Assembly: GCF_958439105.1 (NCBI RefSeq)
Contig: NZ_CAUDLI010000006.1
Coordinates: 35,261-59,260 of the forward strand
DNA from: Ralstonia flatus
Lineage (GTDB): Bacteria; Pseudomonadota; Gammaproteobacteria; Burkholderiales; Burkholderiaceae
DNA length: 24,000 bases
Direction of reading: 5' to 3'
Both the position numbers and the translations under genes were made by a program. The notes beneath the pieces were generated by a model. That model had not been told where the DNA came from. It saw only the letters and a list, made by a program, of their open reading frames with translations, and searched no databases. Of this stretch, positions 1 to 11,417 are shown piece by piece (positions within the stretch are counted from its first letter, which is position 1; each line of letters starts with the position of its first letter).

Positions 1-111
1 ATAGCTGGGCCGGGTCGGACGCGGCGACAGCCCGACCACGGCAATGGTCTTGGCCGACAACAGCCGGCGCATGGTGGCTTGCTCATCGACGTAGGAAGGA
101 TTGGCGGACAT
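1..111 (-). CDS. CoA-binding domain protein (YccU/YneT-like); only the N-terminal 37 codons, as the gene runs off the left edge
   Basis: Absent from the ORF track. The reverse strand from the ATG at 111 reads MSANPSYVDEQATMRRLLSAKTIAVVGLSPRPTRPSY. The KTIAVVG-x-S-x-x-P-x-RPSY pattern is the N-terminal signature I associate with CoA-binding (PF13380-type) proteins. It lies on the same strand, 20 nt downstream of the 132..1274 gene. Confidence 0.55.
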   Translation of the reverse strand, partial: MSANPSYVDEQATMRRLLSAKTIAVVGLSPRPTRPSY

Positions 112-131
112 GGTTGGCAATGCAGTGGCAA

Positions 132-1274
132 TCAGGTTGTGGGCCGCTTGCATGCGGCGCCGAGGTCATCGATGCGCACCGCAGCACGGAACGCGCCCGA
201 CGAATACGGCCCCACTTCATACGGCCCGTAGTGCACGACGATGCGGTCTCCTTGCAGCGTAAACGGAAACGCGGCGTTACGCAGGTCCTTCTCCTTGAGC
301 GCGCCGCGCGGTGCATCGGGCGCGCCTTCGCGCTTGAGCGCATCGACAATCTGCGTATTGAAGCTCTGCAGGCAGGCGGATGTAGGGTTCAGCACATCGG
401 CCAGGGCAATCGGCTGAAAGCCCTGCGCGCCGCGTCGCCAGTTGCCGGCGGTGAAGCTGTAGTTGCCATGCGCGCCGCCGCTGTAAGCCCACACCATGCG
501 CAAGAGGCTGATGGTGTCGCCAAGGCCGACGGCGCTGATGCGGATGACGCATTCGGTGTCGAACTGGTCACACTTGCGCACGCGCAGCGATTGGATGAGC
601 GCGTCGGTGGCCGCGTCGCCCGTCACCGGATAGCGCTCGGTCAGTTTGGCCTGGCCGGAGGCGGCCGTGGTCTCCTGATAGCGCGCCAGCCGCTTGAGCG
701 TAAAAGGCTGACTGCGGCCACCGTCGCTCCACGTACCGGTGGCGGTAGCGCCGTCGCTTGAGAGCGCACCGGAGAGCGTCCCGCCTTCGCGCACGACGGG
801 CTGGCCAGCCGCATCGAGCGCTTCTGCGCGCTCGCGCCACACGAAGCGACGATCGGGCGCGTTGCGGCCTTCGATGGTCCAGAAGGCGCGGCCCTGGGGG
901 CGATCATCGTAGGCTTCGCCGGTGAGCGTGTCGGCCACCGGGTCTTTGTCTTTGTCTTGCTCTTTGGGAGCTGCGTCGTACACGTTCAGCCAGACGTTCC
1001 AGCCGGGGCCGTCCGGGCCCTTGCCCACCGTGCCCTGCCAGAAACTTCCGGCCAGTCGCTCGTGCTGCTCTTTCGTTTTTGCAAGAGGGGCAGTTGGTGC
1101 AGAAGCAACAGGTGCGGAGGCTGGCGGCGCACTCGCAGAGGTGGCAGGCGCAGCAGCGGCCGCTTCAGTGCCGCCCTGTGCGGCTCCGACCCCGCCAAGT
1201 GCCCCCATCAAGGTAACAAAAACGCCCGCGCTCACCGACTTCTGCAACACATGGTGCATCGCATGCCTGTGCAT
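132..1274 (-). CDS. Secreted DUF3298/DUF4163-type protein (RsiV/PdaC C-terminal-domain family), function unknown
   Basis: The ORF-track entry 132..1361 was trimmed to the ATG at 1274, which is preceded by GGAGGGAGG. The N-terminus MHRHAMHHVLQKSVSAGVFVTLMGALGGVGAAQG looks like a signal peptide, followed by an Ala/Pro/Ser linker. The C-terminal half has the AYSGGAHGNY motif and a ...VHYGPYEVGPYSSG... tail typical of DUF3298. Confidence 0.8.
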   Translation of the reverse strand: MHRHAMHHVLQKSVSAGVFVTLMGALGGVGAAQGGTEAAAAAPATSASAPPASAPVASAPTAPLAKTKEQHERLAGSFWQGTVGKGPDGPGWNVWLNVYDAAPKEQDKDKDPVADTLTGEAYDDRPQGRAFWTIEGRNAPDRRFVWRERAEALDAAGQPVVREGGTLSGALSSDGATATGTWSDGGRSQPFTLKRLARYQETTAASGQAKLTERYPVTGDAATDALIQSLRVRKCDQFDTECVIRISAVGLGDTISLLRMVWAYSGGAHGNYSFTAGNWRRGAQGFQPIALADVLNPTSACLQSFNTQIVDALKREGAPDAPRGALKEKDLRNAAFPFTLQGDRIVVHYGPYEVGPYSSGAFRAAVRIDDLGAACKRPTT

Positions 1275-1659
1275 GCCTCCCTCCTTATCAACGCGACACC
1301 CCAGACTAGGACACACACCGTTGGTTCGCCGTTTTCCAAGCCCAGTCTGCCTGAGCGGCAAACCGGTGGGACTGTGCAGGTGCAGCAGGCGTTCCCTGAA
1401 AACGTCTGTGAAGCGATTTCGGGCTCACACAGAGCGGCCTTTACAGCGCTTGCATTCGATTGCAATCCGACACACTTTGTTACGCCTCAGGGCCACCCCG
1501 TCACCCACAATGCCTTCGCACCTCAACGTTTGTGTCCAAATGTTGTGCGCCAGATCCGGCCCCGGAAGACCCATCCGCCCAGCGCGCTCGTGACGACACC
1601 GCTCCCGGTGCAAAGTTACCCCCTCCTTTCGAATTGACCCCTCGAAGGGATTTCCCGTC

Positions 1660-1693
1660 CGCGCGGTGCTCCCCGGCCCGCGCGCTTTTTTTT
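1660..1693 (+). terminator. Orphan rho-independent terminator (plus-strand orientation) in the 1275..1843 intergenic region
   Basis: A 7-bp all-GC stem pairs CGCGCGG (1660-1666) with CCGCGCG (1678-1684), with an 11-nt loop, then C plus a run of 8 T (1686-1693). The reverse strand has no U-tract after the stem, so it is unidirectional. No credible plus-strand CDS lies upstream of it. Confidence 0.7.
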
Positions 1694-1843
1694 GCCTGCG
1701 CAATTCGCGCGCCTGCCTGGCTTCCCCTCGACTGCCCACCCGGAGAAACACGCTCTTACAAAGGCAAGTCGACCCCTCGGCCCCTGCCGCGTTAAATGGA
1801 GACATCCACGCGGCGCAGGCCGCCATAAAAACGAGGGCTCATC

Positions 1844-4231
1844 ATGTCCAAGGCTTCCCGTCGTTCCGCTGTCTCCGGTGTGCGGCTGCCGCATGTGTTG
1901 CGCGCGGTAGGCGTTGCCGCCGTATTGCTCGTCTGCGGTGCGCAAGCCGCAATGGCCGCCGACCCGGCTTCGCGGGTGGCGCGGCTGTCGGACTTTTCGG
2001 GCACGGTGAGCTTCGCGCCCGCGGGGTCCGACGACTGGGCGGGCGCCTCGCTCAACCGCCCGCTCACCACGGGCGACCGCCTGTGGTCCGACCAGGGCAG
2101 CCACAGCGAACTCCATGTCGGCTCCACGGCGCTGCGCCTGGGCCAAAACACCGGCGCCACGCTCGTCGACCTGGACGACCGCAATACGCAAGTGAAGCTC
2201 ACACAAGGCGCGCTGTCGGTTCGCGTACGCTCGCTGCCGCCCGACCAGACCATCGAGATCGATACGCCGAACCTGGCGTTTACGCCGCAGGCACCGGGCG
2301 AATACCGCATCGACGTCGCCCCCGACGGCTCAAGCACGACCGTGACCGTCTGGCGTGGTCAGGGCACAGCCTACGGCGATGACCGCTCCACGCCGCTGGG
2401 CGCCGGGCAGCAAATCCGTTTTGGCGGCACGGACCTCGCCGAAGTGGGCGGCACCGACAACCCGGGCCGCGACGCCTTCGACCGCTGGGCCGAATCGCGC
2501 GACGCCCGCGAAGACGCTTCCGTGTCCGCCCGCTACGTCGGCCGCGAAATGACCGGCTACGAAGCCCTCGACGACAACGGCACGTGGCGTGAAGAGGACG
2601 GCTACGGCGCCGTGTGGGTACCGCGCGCCGTGCCCGCCGGCTGGGCACCGTATCGCACGGGCCATTGGGCCTGGGTGGCGCCGTGGGGCTGGACGTGGGT
2701 CGATGACGCACCGTGGGGGTTCGCCCCCTTCCACTACGGCCGCTGGGCGTACGTCGGCACGACGTGGTGCTGGGTGCCGGGGCCGGTGGTACCGCGGCCG
2801 GTGTATGCGCCGGCGCTGGTCGGTTTCGTGGGCGGTGGAGGCGGCGGCGGAGTGAGCTGGGGGATCAACATCTCGATCGGCTCGCCGGGTGTGGCGTGGT
2901 TCCCGCTCGCTCCGGGCGAAGCGTATCGCCCTGTGTATGCGGCCAGCCCGACCTACGTAACGAACATCAACCGCACGGTGGTGGTGAACAACGTCACGGT
3001 CAACAAGACGATCATCAACAACACCAACGTGACCAACACCCGAAACGTGAATCGGGTGACGTACGTCAACGCCAACAACCCCGCCGCGCTGACGGCCGTG
3101 CCTGCCAAGACGTTCGTCAACGGCCAGCCGGTCGGCCCCGCGATGACGCGTCTGCGGCCGGAGCAATTGCGCGCGCAGATGGCGCATGCGCAGTTTGTTT
3201 CGACACCAGCGCTGGCCCCGGTGCGCGCCAGCCTCGTGGGTGCTGCAGCCAACGGCGGGCCGCATCAGTTGCCGCCGCAGCAGGTGTTTGCGCGTCAGGC
3301 GATCGCGGTACGCGCACCCGCCGTGTCGGCGGCCGGGCACGATGCCTTGGCAGAGCGGTTCCGCTCACAGGGCGGCGCGCTGCCGGGCGCTGGCCCGGCC
3401 TGGACGGGCGGCAACGTGAGCCCCCGCATCGCGCCCGTGCGAGGCCAAGCCAGTGCCGGAATGCCGCCCGCTCCCGTAGCTGCGCAGGCAGCAGGGCTCC
3501 GTTTGAGTCGCGCCGCGCAGAATGTGCAGAGCGGACCTGCACGCGCCGGCGGCGAGCTTGGCCGACCGCCGGAGCAGCACGGTGCGAACGGGCCACAAGG
3601 TTTGATCGGCTCCCCGAACCCGCAAGGTGCGCAGCCACAGCGCGGCGGCCAGCCGGGGCCGGCTCCGCAGGCGCTGATGGCACCGGGCTCGATCAATCGC
3701 CCACGTCCGCAGCCAGGCGCCGCTGCACCGCAGGAGCGCCCTGCCCAACCGCAGACCGCGCAGGCACCGCAAGGCCCGGCCGGCCTGACGACACGCCCAC
3801 CGCAGCGTGAGGGCGCACCCGGTACGCCGCGTGACGAACGCCACGCCTTTGAGCCGCGCCCCCAACTGCCCCAAGCGCCGCAACCTCAGCCTCAGCTTCA
3901 ACCACAGCGCGGTGGCCAGGAGCCGAATCGCTTCAACGGCAACCCGACAGCGACCCCGCAAGAGCGCCCGCACAACGAGCCGCCGCAGATGCGCGTGCCC
4001 CGCGAGCCGGAGCAGCACCGGCCGGAACCGCACATGGAAGCACCGCGTCCTGCACCGCAGCCGCAACCGCACGTTGAGATGCGCCCGCCTCAACCGCAGC
4101 CCCAACCGCGTCCGCCTGAAGCGCGCCCGCCTCAACCTCAGGCGCAGCCGCCTCGCCAGGAGCACCACGAAAGCCAACCGCATCCGCAAGGCAATCGCGG
4201 TGAAGAGAAGCGCGAAGGCGAGCACCGCTGA
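1844..4231 (+). CDS. Secreted or periplasmic composite protein: FecR-like domain, Trp-rich DUF6600-like (YxWGxW-type) core, Asn/Val/Thr-rich segment and a roughly 330-aa Pro/Gln-rich tail
   Basis: The 795-aa ORF starts at an ATG preceded by GAGGG. The signal-like N-terminus is RAVGVAAVLLVCGAQAAMA/AD. Residues about 45-140 (RVARLSDFSGTVSF...GDRLWSD...ELHVG...LRLGQNT...LTQGALSVRV) resemble the FecR sensor fold. The Trp-rich core is WVPRAVPAGWAPYRTGHWAWVAPWGWTWVDDAPWGFAPFHYGRWAYVGTTWCWVPG. A Gly7 run follows, then the N/V/T segment, then the PQ-rich low-complexity tail ending in a His/Glu-rich stretch. Confidence 0.85.
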   Translation: MSKASRRSAVSGVRLPHVLRAVGVAAVLLVCGAQAAMAADPASRVARLSDFSGTVSFAPAGSDDWAGASLNRPLTTGDRLWSDQGSHSELHVGSTALRLGQNTGATLVDLDDRNTQVKLTQGALSVRVRSLPPDQTIEIDTPNLAFTPQAPGEYRIDVAPDGSSTTVTVWRGQGTAYGDDRSTPLGAGQQIRFGGTDLAEVGGTDNPGRDAFDRWAESRDAREDASVSARYVGREMTGYEALDDNGTWREEDGYGAVWVPRAVPAGWAPYRTGHWAWVAPWGWTWVDDAPWGFAPFHYGRWAYVGTTWCWVPGPVVPRPVYAPALVGFVGGGGGGGVSWGINISIGSPGVAWFPLAPGEAYRPVYAASPTYVTNINRTVVVNNVTVNKTIINNTNVTNTRNVNRVTYVNANNPAALTAVPAKTFVNGQPVGPAMTRLRPEQLRAQMAHAQFVSTPALAPVRASLVGAAANGGPHQLPPQQVFARQAIAVRAPAVSAAGHDALAERFRSQGGALPGAGPAWTGGNVSPRIAPVRGQASAGMPPAPVAAQAAGLRLSRAAQNVQSGPARAGGELGRPPEQHGANGPQGLIGSPNPQGAQPQRGGQPGPAPQALMAPGSINRPRPQPGAAAPQERPAQPQTAQAPQGPAGLTTRPPQREGAPGTPRDERHAFEPRPQLPQAPQPQPQLQPQRGGQEPNRFNGNPTATPQERPHNEPPQMRVPREPEQHRPEPHMEAPRPAPQPQPHVEMRPPQPQPQPRPPEARPPQPQAQPPRQEHHESQPHPQGNRGEEKREGEHR

Positions 4232-4256
4232 GCAGGCGCCTCGCCCGTTCATAGGC

Positions 4257-4289
4257 AAAAAAAAAGCAGCCCTTCGGGGCTGCTTTTTT
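4257..4289. terminator. Bidirectional rho-independent terminator between the convergent 1844..4231 gene and atpC
   Basis: The structure is A9 (4257-4265), GCAGCCC (4266-4272), a TTCG loop, GGGCTGC (4277-4283), then T6 (4284-4289). This gives a perfect stem with a U-tract on both strands. Confidence 0.9.
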
Positions 4290-4330
4290 CGTCTGCGCCG
4301 GCCAATGACACCCGCCGGCACATACTTGCC

Positions 4331-4747
4331 TTAGCGCTTGCGACGCAGGCGCGCGATCGCCGCCAACTGCGCAGCGGCCACGGCCAGTTCACTTTGCGCA
4401 CGGGCCAGATCCAGGTCGCTGCTTTGGTTCTGCAGCGCCTCTTCTGCCGCACGCTTGGCTTCGTTCGCCTTGGCTTCGTCCAGGTCGTGACCGCGGATTG
4501 CGGTATCGGCCAGCACGGTCACCTTCTTCGGCTGCACTTCGAGAATGCCACCGGCAACGAACACGAACTCTTCGCCGCCATCTTCCTTCTCGATGCGCAC
4601 GGCGCCCGGCTTGATGCGCGTGATCAGCGGCGTGTGGCCGGGCAGAATGCCCAGCTCGCCGGCTTCACCAGGCAGCGCCACGAACTTGGCATTGCCGGAG
4701 AAGATCTCGTGCTCAGCGCTGACGACGTCTACATGAATGGTTGCCAT
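4331..4747 (-). CDS. atpC: F1Fo ATP synthase subunit epsilon
   Basis: The 138-aa product begins [18 protein letters not shown]...LPGHTPLIT.. and has a C-terminal helical hairpin. It is the last gene of the canonical atp operon order. Confidence 0.96.
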   Translation of the reverse strand: MATIHVDVVSAEHEIFSGNAKFVALPGEAGELGILPGHTPLITRIKPGAVRIEKEDGGEEFVFVAGGILEVQPKKVTVLADTAIRGHDLDEAKANEAKRAAEEALQNQSSDLDLARAQSELAVAAAQLAAIARLRRKR

Positions 4748-4763
4748 CTCGATTCCTTTGCTC

Positions 4764-4798
4764 AGAAAAGCGGCTCCCTGAAGGGGCTTCAGGAAGCC
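4764..4798 (-). terminator. Intercistronic stem-loop with a short U-rich tail between atpD and atpC (attenuator or mRNA-stabiliser candidate)
   Basis: On the minus strand, GGCTTCCTGAAG-ccc-CTTCAGGGAGCC forms a 12-bp stem with one G-U pair (4772-4798). It is followed by GCTTTTCT, which runs into the atpC Shine-Dalgarno AAGGAA. Confidence 0.45.
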
Positions 4799-4838
4799 AG
4801 TACTGGCGCCGGCTTACGCACGGTGCCAGACGTTGCTC

Positions 4839-6281
<1,443 letters not shown>

Positions 6282-6284
6282 CTA

Positions 6285-7160
6285 TCAGACTGCAGCTGCG
6301 CCGCTGACGATCTCGGACAGTTCCTTCGTGATCGCTGCCTGACGGGTCTTGTTGTAGACCAGTTGCAGTTCGCCGATCACGTTCTTCGCGTTGTCCGAAG
6401 CCGCCTTCATCGCCACCATCCGGGCCGATTGCTCGGACGCCATGTTCTCGGCCACCGCCTGGTACACCAGCGCCTCGACGTAGCGGATCAGCAGCTCGTC
6501 GACCACCGTTTGCGCATCCGGCTCGTAGATGTAGTCCCACGAGTAGGCCTGCTTCTCGGCGTCGGTCTGCGCGAGCTTGTCGGCGGTCAGCGGCAGCAGC
6601 TGCTCGACCACCGGCTCCTGCTTCATCGTGTTGATGAAGCGGGTGTACGCTAGGTACACGGCATCGATCTGGCCTGCGTTGAACGCGTCCAGCTGCACCT
6701 TGATCGCACCGATCAGCTTTTCCAGATGCGGCGTGTCGCCCAGATGCACGACGTTCGAGACGACCTTGGCACCGACGCGGCCCAGGAACTGCATGCCCTT
6801 GGTACCGATGGCGGTGGTTTGCGTCTCAACGCCCTTGTTCTGCAGATCGCGCAGTTGGGTAGTGACGGCACGCAGCACGTTGGTGTTCAAGCCACCGCAC
6901 AGGCCCTTGTCCGTCGTCACCACGATCAGGCCGGCACGCTTGATGTCGCGTGCCACCATGAACGGGTGCTTGTACTCCGGATTGGCCAGTGCCATGTGCG
7001 CAGCCACGTTGCGGATCTTCTCGGCGTACGGGCGGGCAGCACGCATCCGTTCCTGCGCCTTGCGCATCTTCGATGCGGCGACCATTTCCATCGCCTTGGT
7101 GATCTTGCGCGTGTTTTGCACGCTCTTGATCTTGGTGCGGATTTCTTTTGTTCCGGCCAT
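6285..7160 (-). CDS. atpG: F1Fo ATP synthase subunit gamma
   Basis: The start was trimmed to the ATG at 7160, which is preceded by GGAGAGGAAGAA. The product begins [36 protein letters not shown]. Confidence 0.96.
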   Translation of the reverse strand: MAGTKEIRTKIKSVQNTRKITKAMEMVAASKMRKAQERMRAARPYAEKIRNVAAHMALANPEYKHPFMVARDIKRAGLIVVTTDKGLCGGLNTNVLRAVTTQLRDLQNKGVETQTTAIGTKGMQFLGRVGAKVVSNVVHLGDTPHLEKLIGAIKVQLDAFNAGQIDAVYLAYTRFINTMKQEPVVEQLLPLTADKLAQTDAEKQAYSWDYIYEPDAQTVVDELLIRYVEALVYQAVAENMASEQSARMVAMKAASDNAKNVIGELQLVYNKTRQAAITKELSEIVSGAAAV

Positions 7161-7180
7161 TTCTTCCTCTCCGTTCAAAC

Positions 7181-7207
7181 CTGGTCACGCAGGCTACGCG
7201 TGACCAG
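7181..7207 (-). other. Intercistronic stem-loop between atpA and atpG
   Basis: CTGGTCACGC (7181-7190) pairs with GCGTGACCAG (7198-7207) around a 7-nt loop, giving a perfect 10-bp stem. It lies between the atpA stop (7225) and the atpG Shine-Dalgarno sequence. Confidence 0.4.
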
Positions 7208-7224
7208 TTTCGGGAATGACGCGG

Positions 7225-8766
7225 TTAGAACGCGGCGGACTTCTTGAAATCCTCGATCGCGGCACGCAGGGCGGCCTCATCTTCCTTCGACAGATCCTTC
7301 GTATCTTCGATGCGGTTGATGAGATCGGCGTACTTCGTCTTCAGCGTGTCGTGCAGGCCCTTTTCGAAAGCCAGGATGTCCTTCACGTCCACGTTGTCGA
7401 GGAAGCCGTTGTTGGCTGCGTACAGCGACGCGGCCAGCTGCCACACTTGCAGCGGCTGGTATTGCGGCTGCTTGAGCAGTTCGGTCACGCGGCGGCCGCG
7501 CTCGAGCTGCTTGCGGGTCGCTTCGTCCAGGTCGGAAGCAAACTGCGCGAACGCAGCCAGTTCACGATACTGAGCCAAGTCGGTACGGATACCGCCCGAC
7601 AGCTTCTTGATGACCTTGGTCTGAGCAGCACCACCCACACGCGACACCGAAATACCGGCGTTGATTGCGGGGCGCACACCGGCGTTGAACAGATCGGTTT
7701 CCAGGAAGATCTGGCCGTCGGTAATCGAGATCACGTTGGTCGGAACGAACGCGGACACGTCGCCGGCCTGCGTTTCGATCACGGGCAGTGCGGTCAGCGA
7801 ACCGGTCTTGCCCTTGACTTCACCGTTGGTGATCTTCTCGATGTGATCGGCGTTCACACGTGCAGCGCGCTCCAGCAGACGCGAGTGCAGGTAGAACACG
7901 TCACCCGGGTAAGCTTCGCGGCCAGGCGGGCGGCGCAGCAGCAGCGAAACCTGACGGTACGCCCAAGCTTGCTTGGTCAGATCGTCATACACGATCAGGG
8001 CGTCTTCGCCGCGGTCGCGGAAGTATTCGCCCATCGTGCAGCCGGCGTAGGCCGACAGGTACTGCATGGCAGCGGAGTCCGAAGCGGCAGCGGCCACCAC
8101 GATCGTGTATTCCAGCGCGCCGTGCTCTTCGAGCTTGCGCACCACGTTGGCGATCGTCGAAGCCTTCTGGCCGATTGCCACGTACACGCAGAAGATGCCC
8201 TTGCCCTTCTGGTTGATGATGGCGTCGACTGCAACAGCGGTCTTGCCGGTCTGGCGGTCGCCGATGATCAGCTCACGCTGGCCACGGCCGATCGGCACCA
8301 TTGCGTCGATCGACTTCAGGCCGGTCTGCACCGGCTGGCTCACCGATTGACGTGCGATCACGCCCGGAGCGACCTTTTCGATCACGTCCGTCTTCTTGGC
8401 GTTGATCGGGCCCTTGCCGTCGATCGGCTGGCCCAGTGCGTTGACCACGCGGCCCAGCAGTTCCGGGCCAACCGGCACTTCCAGAATGCGGCCCGTGCAC
8501 TTGACTTCGTCGCCTTCGGAAATGTGCTCGTATTCACCCAGCACCACAGCGCCGACGGAGTCGCGCTCGAGGTTCAGCGCGAGGCCGAACGTGTTGCCCG
8601 GGAATTCCAGCATTTCGCCTTGCATCACGCCCGACAGGCCATGAATGCGGCAGATACCGTCCGTCACGGAGATGACCGTGCCGGTGTTCTTTGCGTCAGC
8701 GCCAGCCTTCAAGCCCTCGATACGGGTCTTGATCAGGTCGCTGATCTCGGAGGGGTTCAGTTGCAT
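7225..8766 (-). CDS. atpA: F1Fo ATP synthase subunit alpha
   Basis: The 513-aa product begins [13 protein letters not shown] and carries the Walker A motif GDRQTGKT. Confidence 0.97.
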   Translation of the reverse strand: MQLNPSEISDLIKTRIEGLKAGADAKNTGTVISVTDGICRIHGLSGVMQGEMLEFPGNTFGLALNLERDSVGAVVLGEYEHISEGDEVKCTGRILEVPVGPELLGRVVNALGQPIDGKGPINAKKTDVIEKVAPGVIARQSVSQPVQTGLKSIDAMVPIGRGQRELIIGDRQTGKTAVAVDAIINQKGKGIFCVYVAIGQKASTIANVVRKLEEHGALEYTIVVAAAASDSAAMQYLSAYAGCTMGEYFRDRGEDALIVYDDLTKQAWAYRQVSLLLRRPPGREAYPGDVFYLHSRLLERAARVNADHIEKITNGEVKGKTGSLTALPVIETQAGDVSAFVPTNVISITDGQIFLETDLFNAGVRPAINAGISVSRVGGAAQTKVIKKLSGGIRTDLAQYRELAAFAQFASDLDEATRKQLERGRRVTELLKQPQYQPLQVWQLAASLYAANNGFLDNVDVKDILAFEKGLHDTLKTKYADLINRIEDTKDLSKEDEAALRAAIEDFKKSAAF

Positions 8767-8839
8767 CGAATGCTCCTAATTCTTCAATCTGTCTGCGGGC
8801 GCGATATCGTCGATTGCATCGGCGCCTCGCGAAACAGCA

Positions 8840-9376
8840 TTACGCGGCGGTCAGCGCAGACTGCATCTGCGTCAGGCGCGCGCGCACCGAGGTGTCGAGC
8901 ACTTCGTCGCCAATCTGCACACGCACGCCGCCGATCAACGAAGGATCGACGCTCACGTGAGCCTGCAGCTTCTTGCCGAACTTGCGTTCAAGCGTGGCGA
9001 CCAGTTCGGTCAGGGGCGCGCCCTCAAGCGGGAACGCACTGGTGATCTCGACGTCGGCGGCGCCTTCGCTGGCGTTCCGCAGCACATGGAATTGCGCGGC
9101 AATTTCCGGCAGCAGCGACAGGCGCTTGTTGGCCACCAGCAGGCCAACCAGTTCCTTCGCCTCATGCGAAACCGGAGATTTCAGCGCCGACAGGAAGATC
9201 CCCGCCACATCGGCTTTGGAGAGCTTCGGATCATCGGCGATTGCCTTCATGTCAGGCACGGCGGCAATTTGCCCCATTTCCGACACAAGCTCAGACCATG
9301 CACCCAGATTGCCGGCCTTCGCCACGCGGAACAGCGCCTCTGCGTACGGACGGGCAACGGTTGCGAGTTCTGCCAT
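8840..9376 (-). CDS. atpH: F1Fo ATP synthase subunit delta (OSCP)
   Basis: The 178-aa product begins [16 protein letters not shown]. It sits between atpF and atpA. Confidence 0.93.
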   Translation of the reverse strand: MAELATVARPYAEALFRVAKAGNLGAWSELVSEMGQIAAVPDMKAIADDPKLSKADVAGIFLSALKSPVSHEAKELVGLLVANKRLSLLPEIAAQFHVLRNASEGAADVEITSAFPLEGAPLTELVATLERKFGKKLQAHVSVDPSLIGGVRVQIGDEVLDTSVRARLTQMQSALTAA

Positions 9377-9378
9377 GA

Positions 9379-9849
9379 TTACAGCTCAGCCTTGAGTTGA
9401 TTGAGCAGATCGGCGTGGACCTGCGCATTGACTTCACGCTTGAGGATCTGCTCGGCACCCTTGACGGCCAGCGTGGCAACCTGGTCACGCAGCGATTCAC
9501 GCGCGCGCACGGTTTGCTGCTCGGCTTCGGCCTTGGCTTGCGCGATGATGCGCGCGGCTTCGGCTTGGGCGTTTTGCTTGATCTCTTCGGCGCTCATCTG
9601 GGCACGCTTTTCAGCGTCCGCGATGCGTTGCGCGCCTTCATTGCGCGCTTCGGTCAGTGCCTGCTCGACCCGCTTGTTGGCCAGCTCCAGCTCAGCCTTG
9701 CCCTTATCGGCAGCGGCCAGGCCATCGGCGATTTTCTTCGCGCGTTCGTCGAGCGCCTTCACCAGGGGCGGCCAAATGAATTTGGCAACAACCCACCACA
9801 GGATGAAGAACACGACCATCTGCGCGACGAGTGTGGCGTTCAGGTTCAT
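9379..9849 (-). CDS. atpF: F1Fo ATP synthase subunit b
   Basis: The 156-aa product has a single N-terminal TM helix ([22 protein letters not shown]) followed by a long Ala/Glu/Lys-rich helix. Confidence 0.93.
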   Translation of the reverse strand: MNLNATLVAQMVVFFILWWVVAKFIWPPLVKALDERAKKIADGLAAADKGKAELELANKRVEQALTEARNEGAQRIADAEKRAQMSAEEIKQNAQAEAARIIAQAKAEAEQQTVRARESLRDQVATLAVKGAEQILKREVNAQVHADLLNQLKAEL

Positions 9850-9955
9850 GGTGTGTTCCTTTCGGTATTGAGACTACGGATCAATGCACGAAGCGGCGAG
9901 GGTCACGCGGAGCGTTCACCCAGGCCGCCTCCGGCATCATGCAGACCGAAAAGAA

Positions 9956-10234
<279 letters not shown>

Positions 10235-10305
10235 TTACGTGAAAGACTAAGAACTTGAGAACTTGGAAAAATCAAACGGAACCGGAGAACCTGAACCGCA
10301 ACTAC

Positions 10306-11193
<888 letters not shown>

Positions 11194-11417
11194 TCAGTCC
11201 AATATTGCGAAACATTCTTCGTGATCCGTTCCGACCCGCGCCCGATTCAGCCAGGTGTCTCCTGGAGATCGCGGACTGCACGCGGCTGAAACGCGCCACC
11301 TTATTCTTGCGGGGTGTCAGCGCAATGAACCGGGCTTCTCCTGCCTCAGGTCCTTGCCGTATGCCAACACACCAGTGTGCCCGCCATGTCGCGGTGGGCT
11401 GGAGCCGCCTCAACGCG

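Noticed and set aside
1425-1613. Possible 62-codon Cys-rich small ORF on the minus strand (TTG start 8 nt after AAGGAGG)
   Set aside because: By my codon-by-codon reading, its third-position GC is clearly lower than in the neighbouring genes. It would use a TTG start. The SD-like AAGGAGG is also the complement of one arm of the plus-strand hairpin at 1625-1649. No family is recognisable. I leave it as unproven rather than calling a gene, and Ribo-seq could revive it.
1745-1773. ECF-sigma-like promoter GAAACA-N17-GTCGAC upstream of the FecR-like gene
   Set aside because: Only the AAC of the -35 region resembles ECF promoters. The spacing to a CGTC-type -10 element does not fit well, and no ECF sigma gene is nearby. 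The evidence is too weak to annotate.
2330-4321. Two long minus-strand ORFs (2330..3340 and 3365..4321)
   Set aside because: Both lie antisense to the 795-aa gene. The second is the Arg/Leu-rich complement of the Pro/Gln repeat tail. Neither has a start context or a recognisable domain.
7216-9045. 609-aa plus-strand ORF
   Set aside because: It lies antisense to atpA and the 3' end of atpH. No motifs are visible, and the frame stays open because of GC-rich codon bias on the opposite strand.
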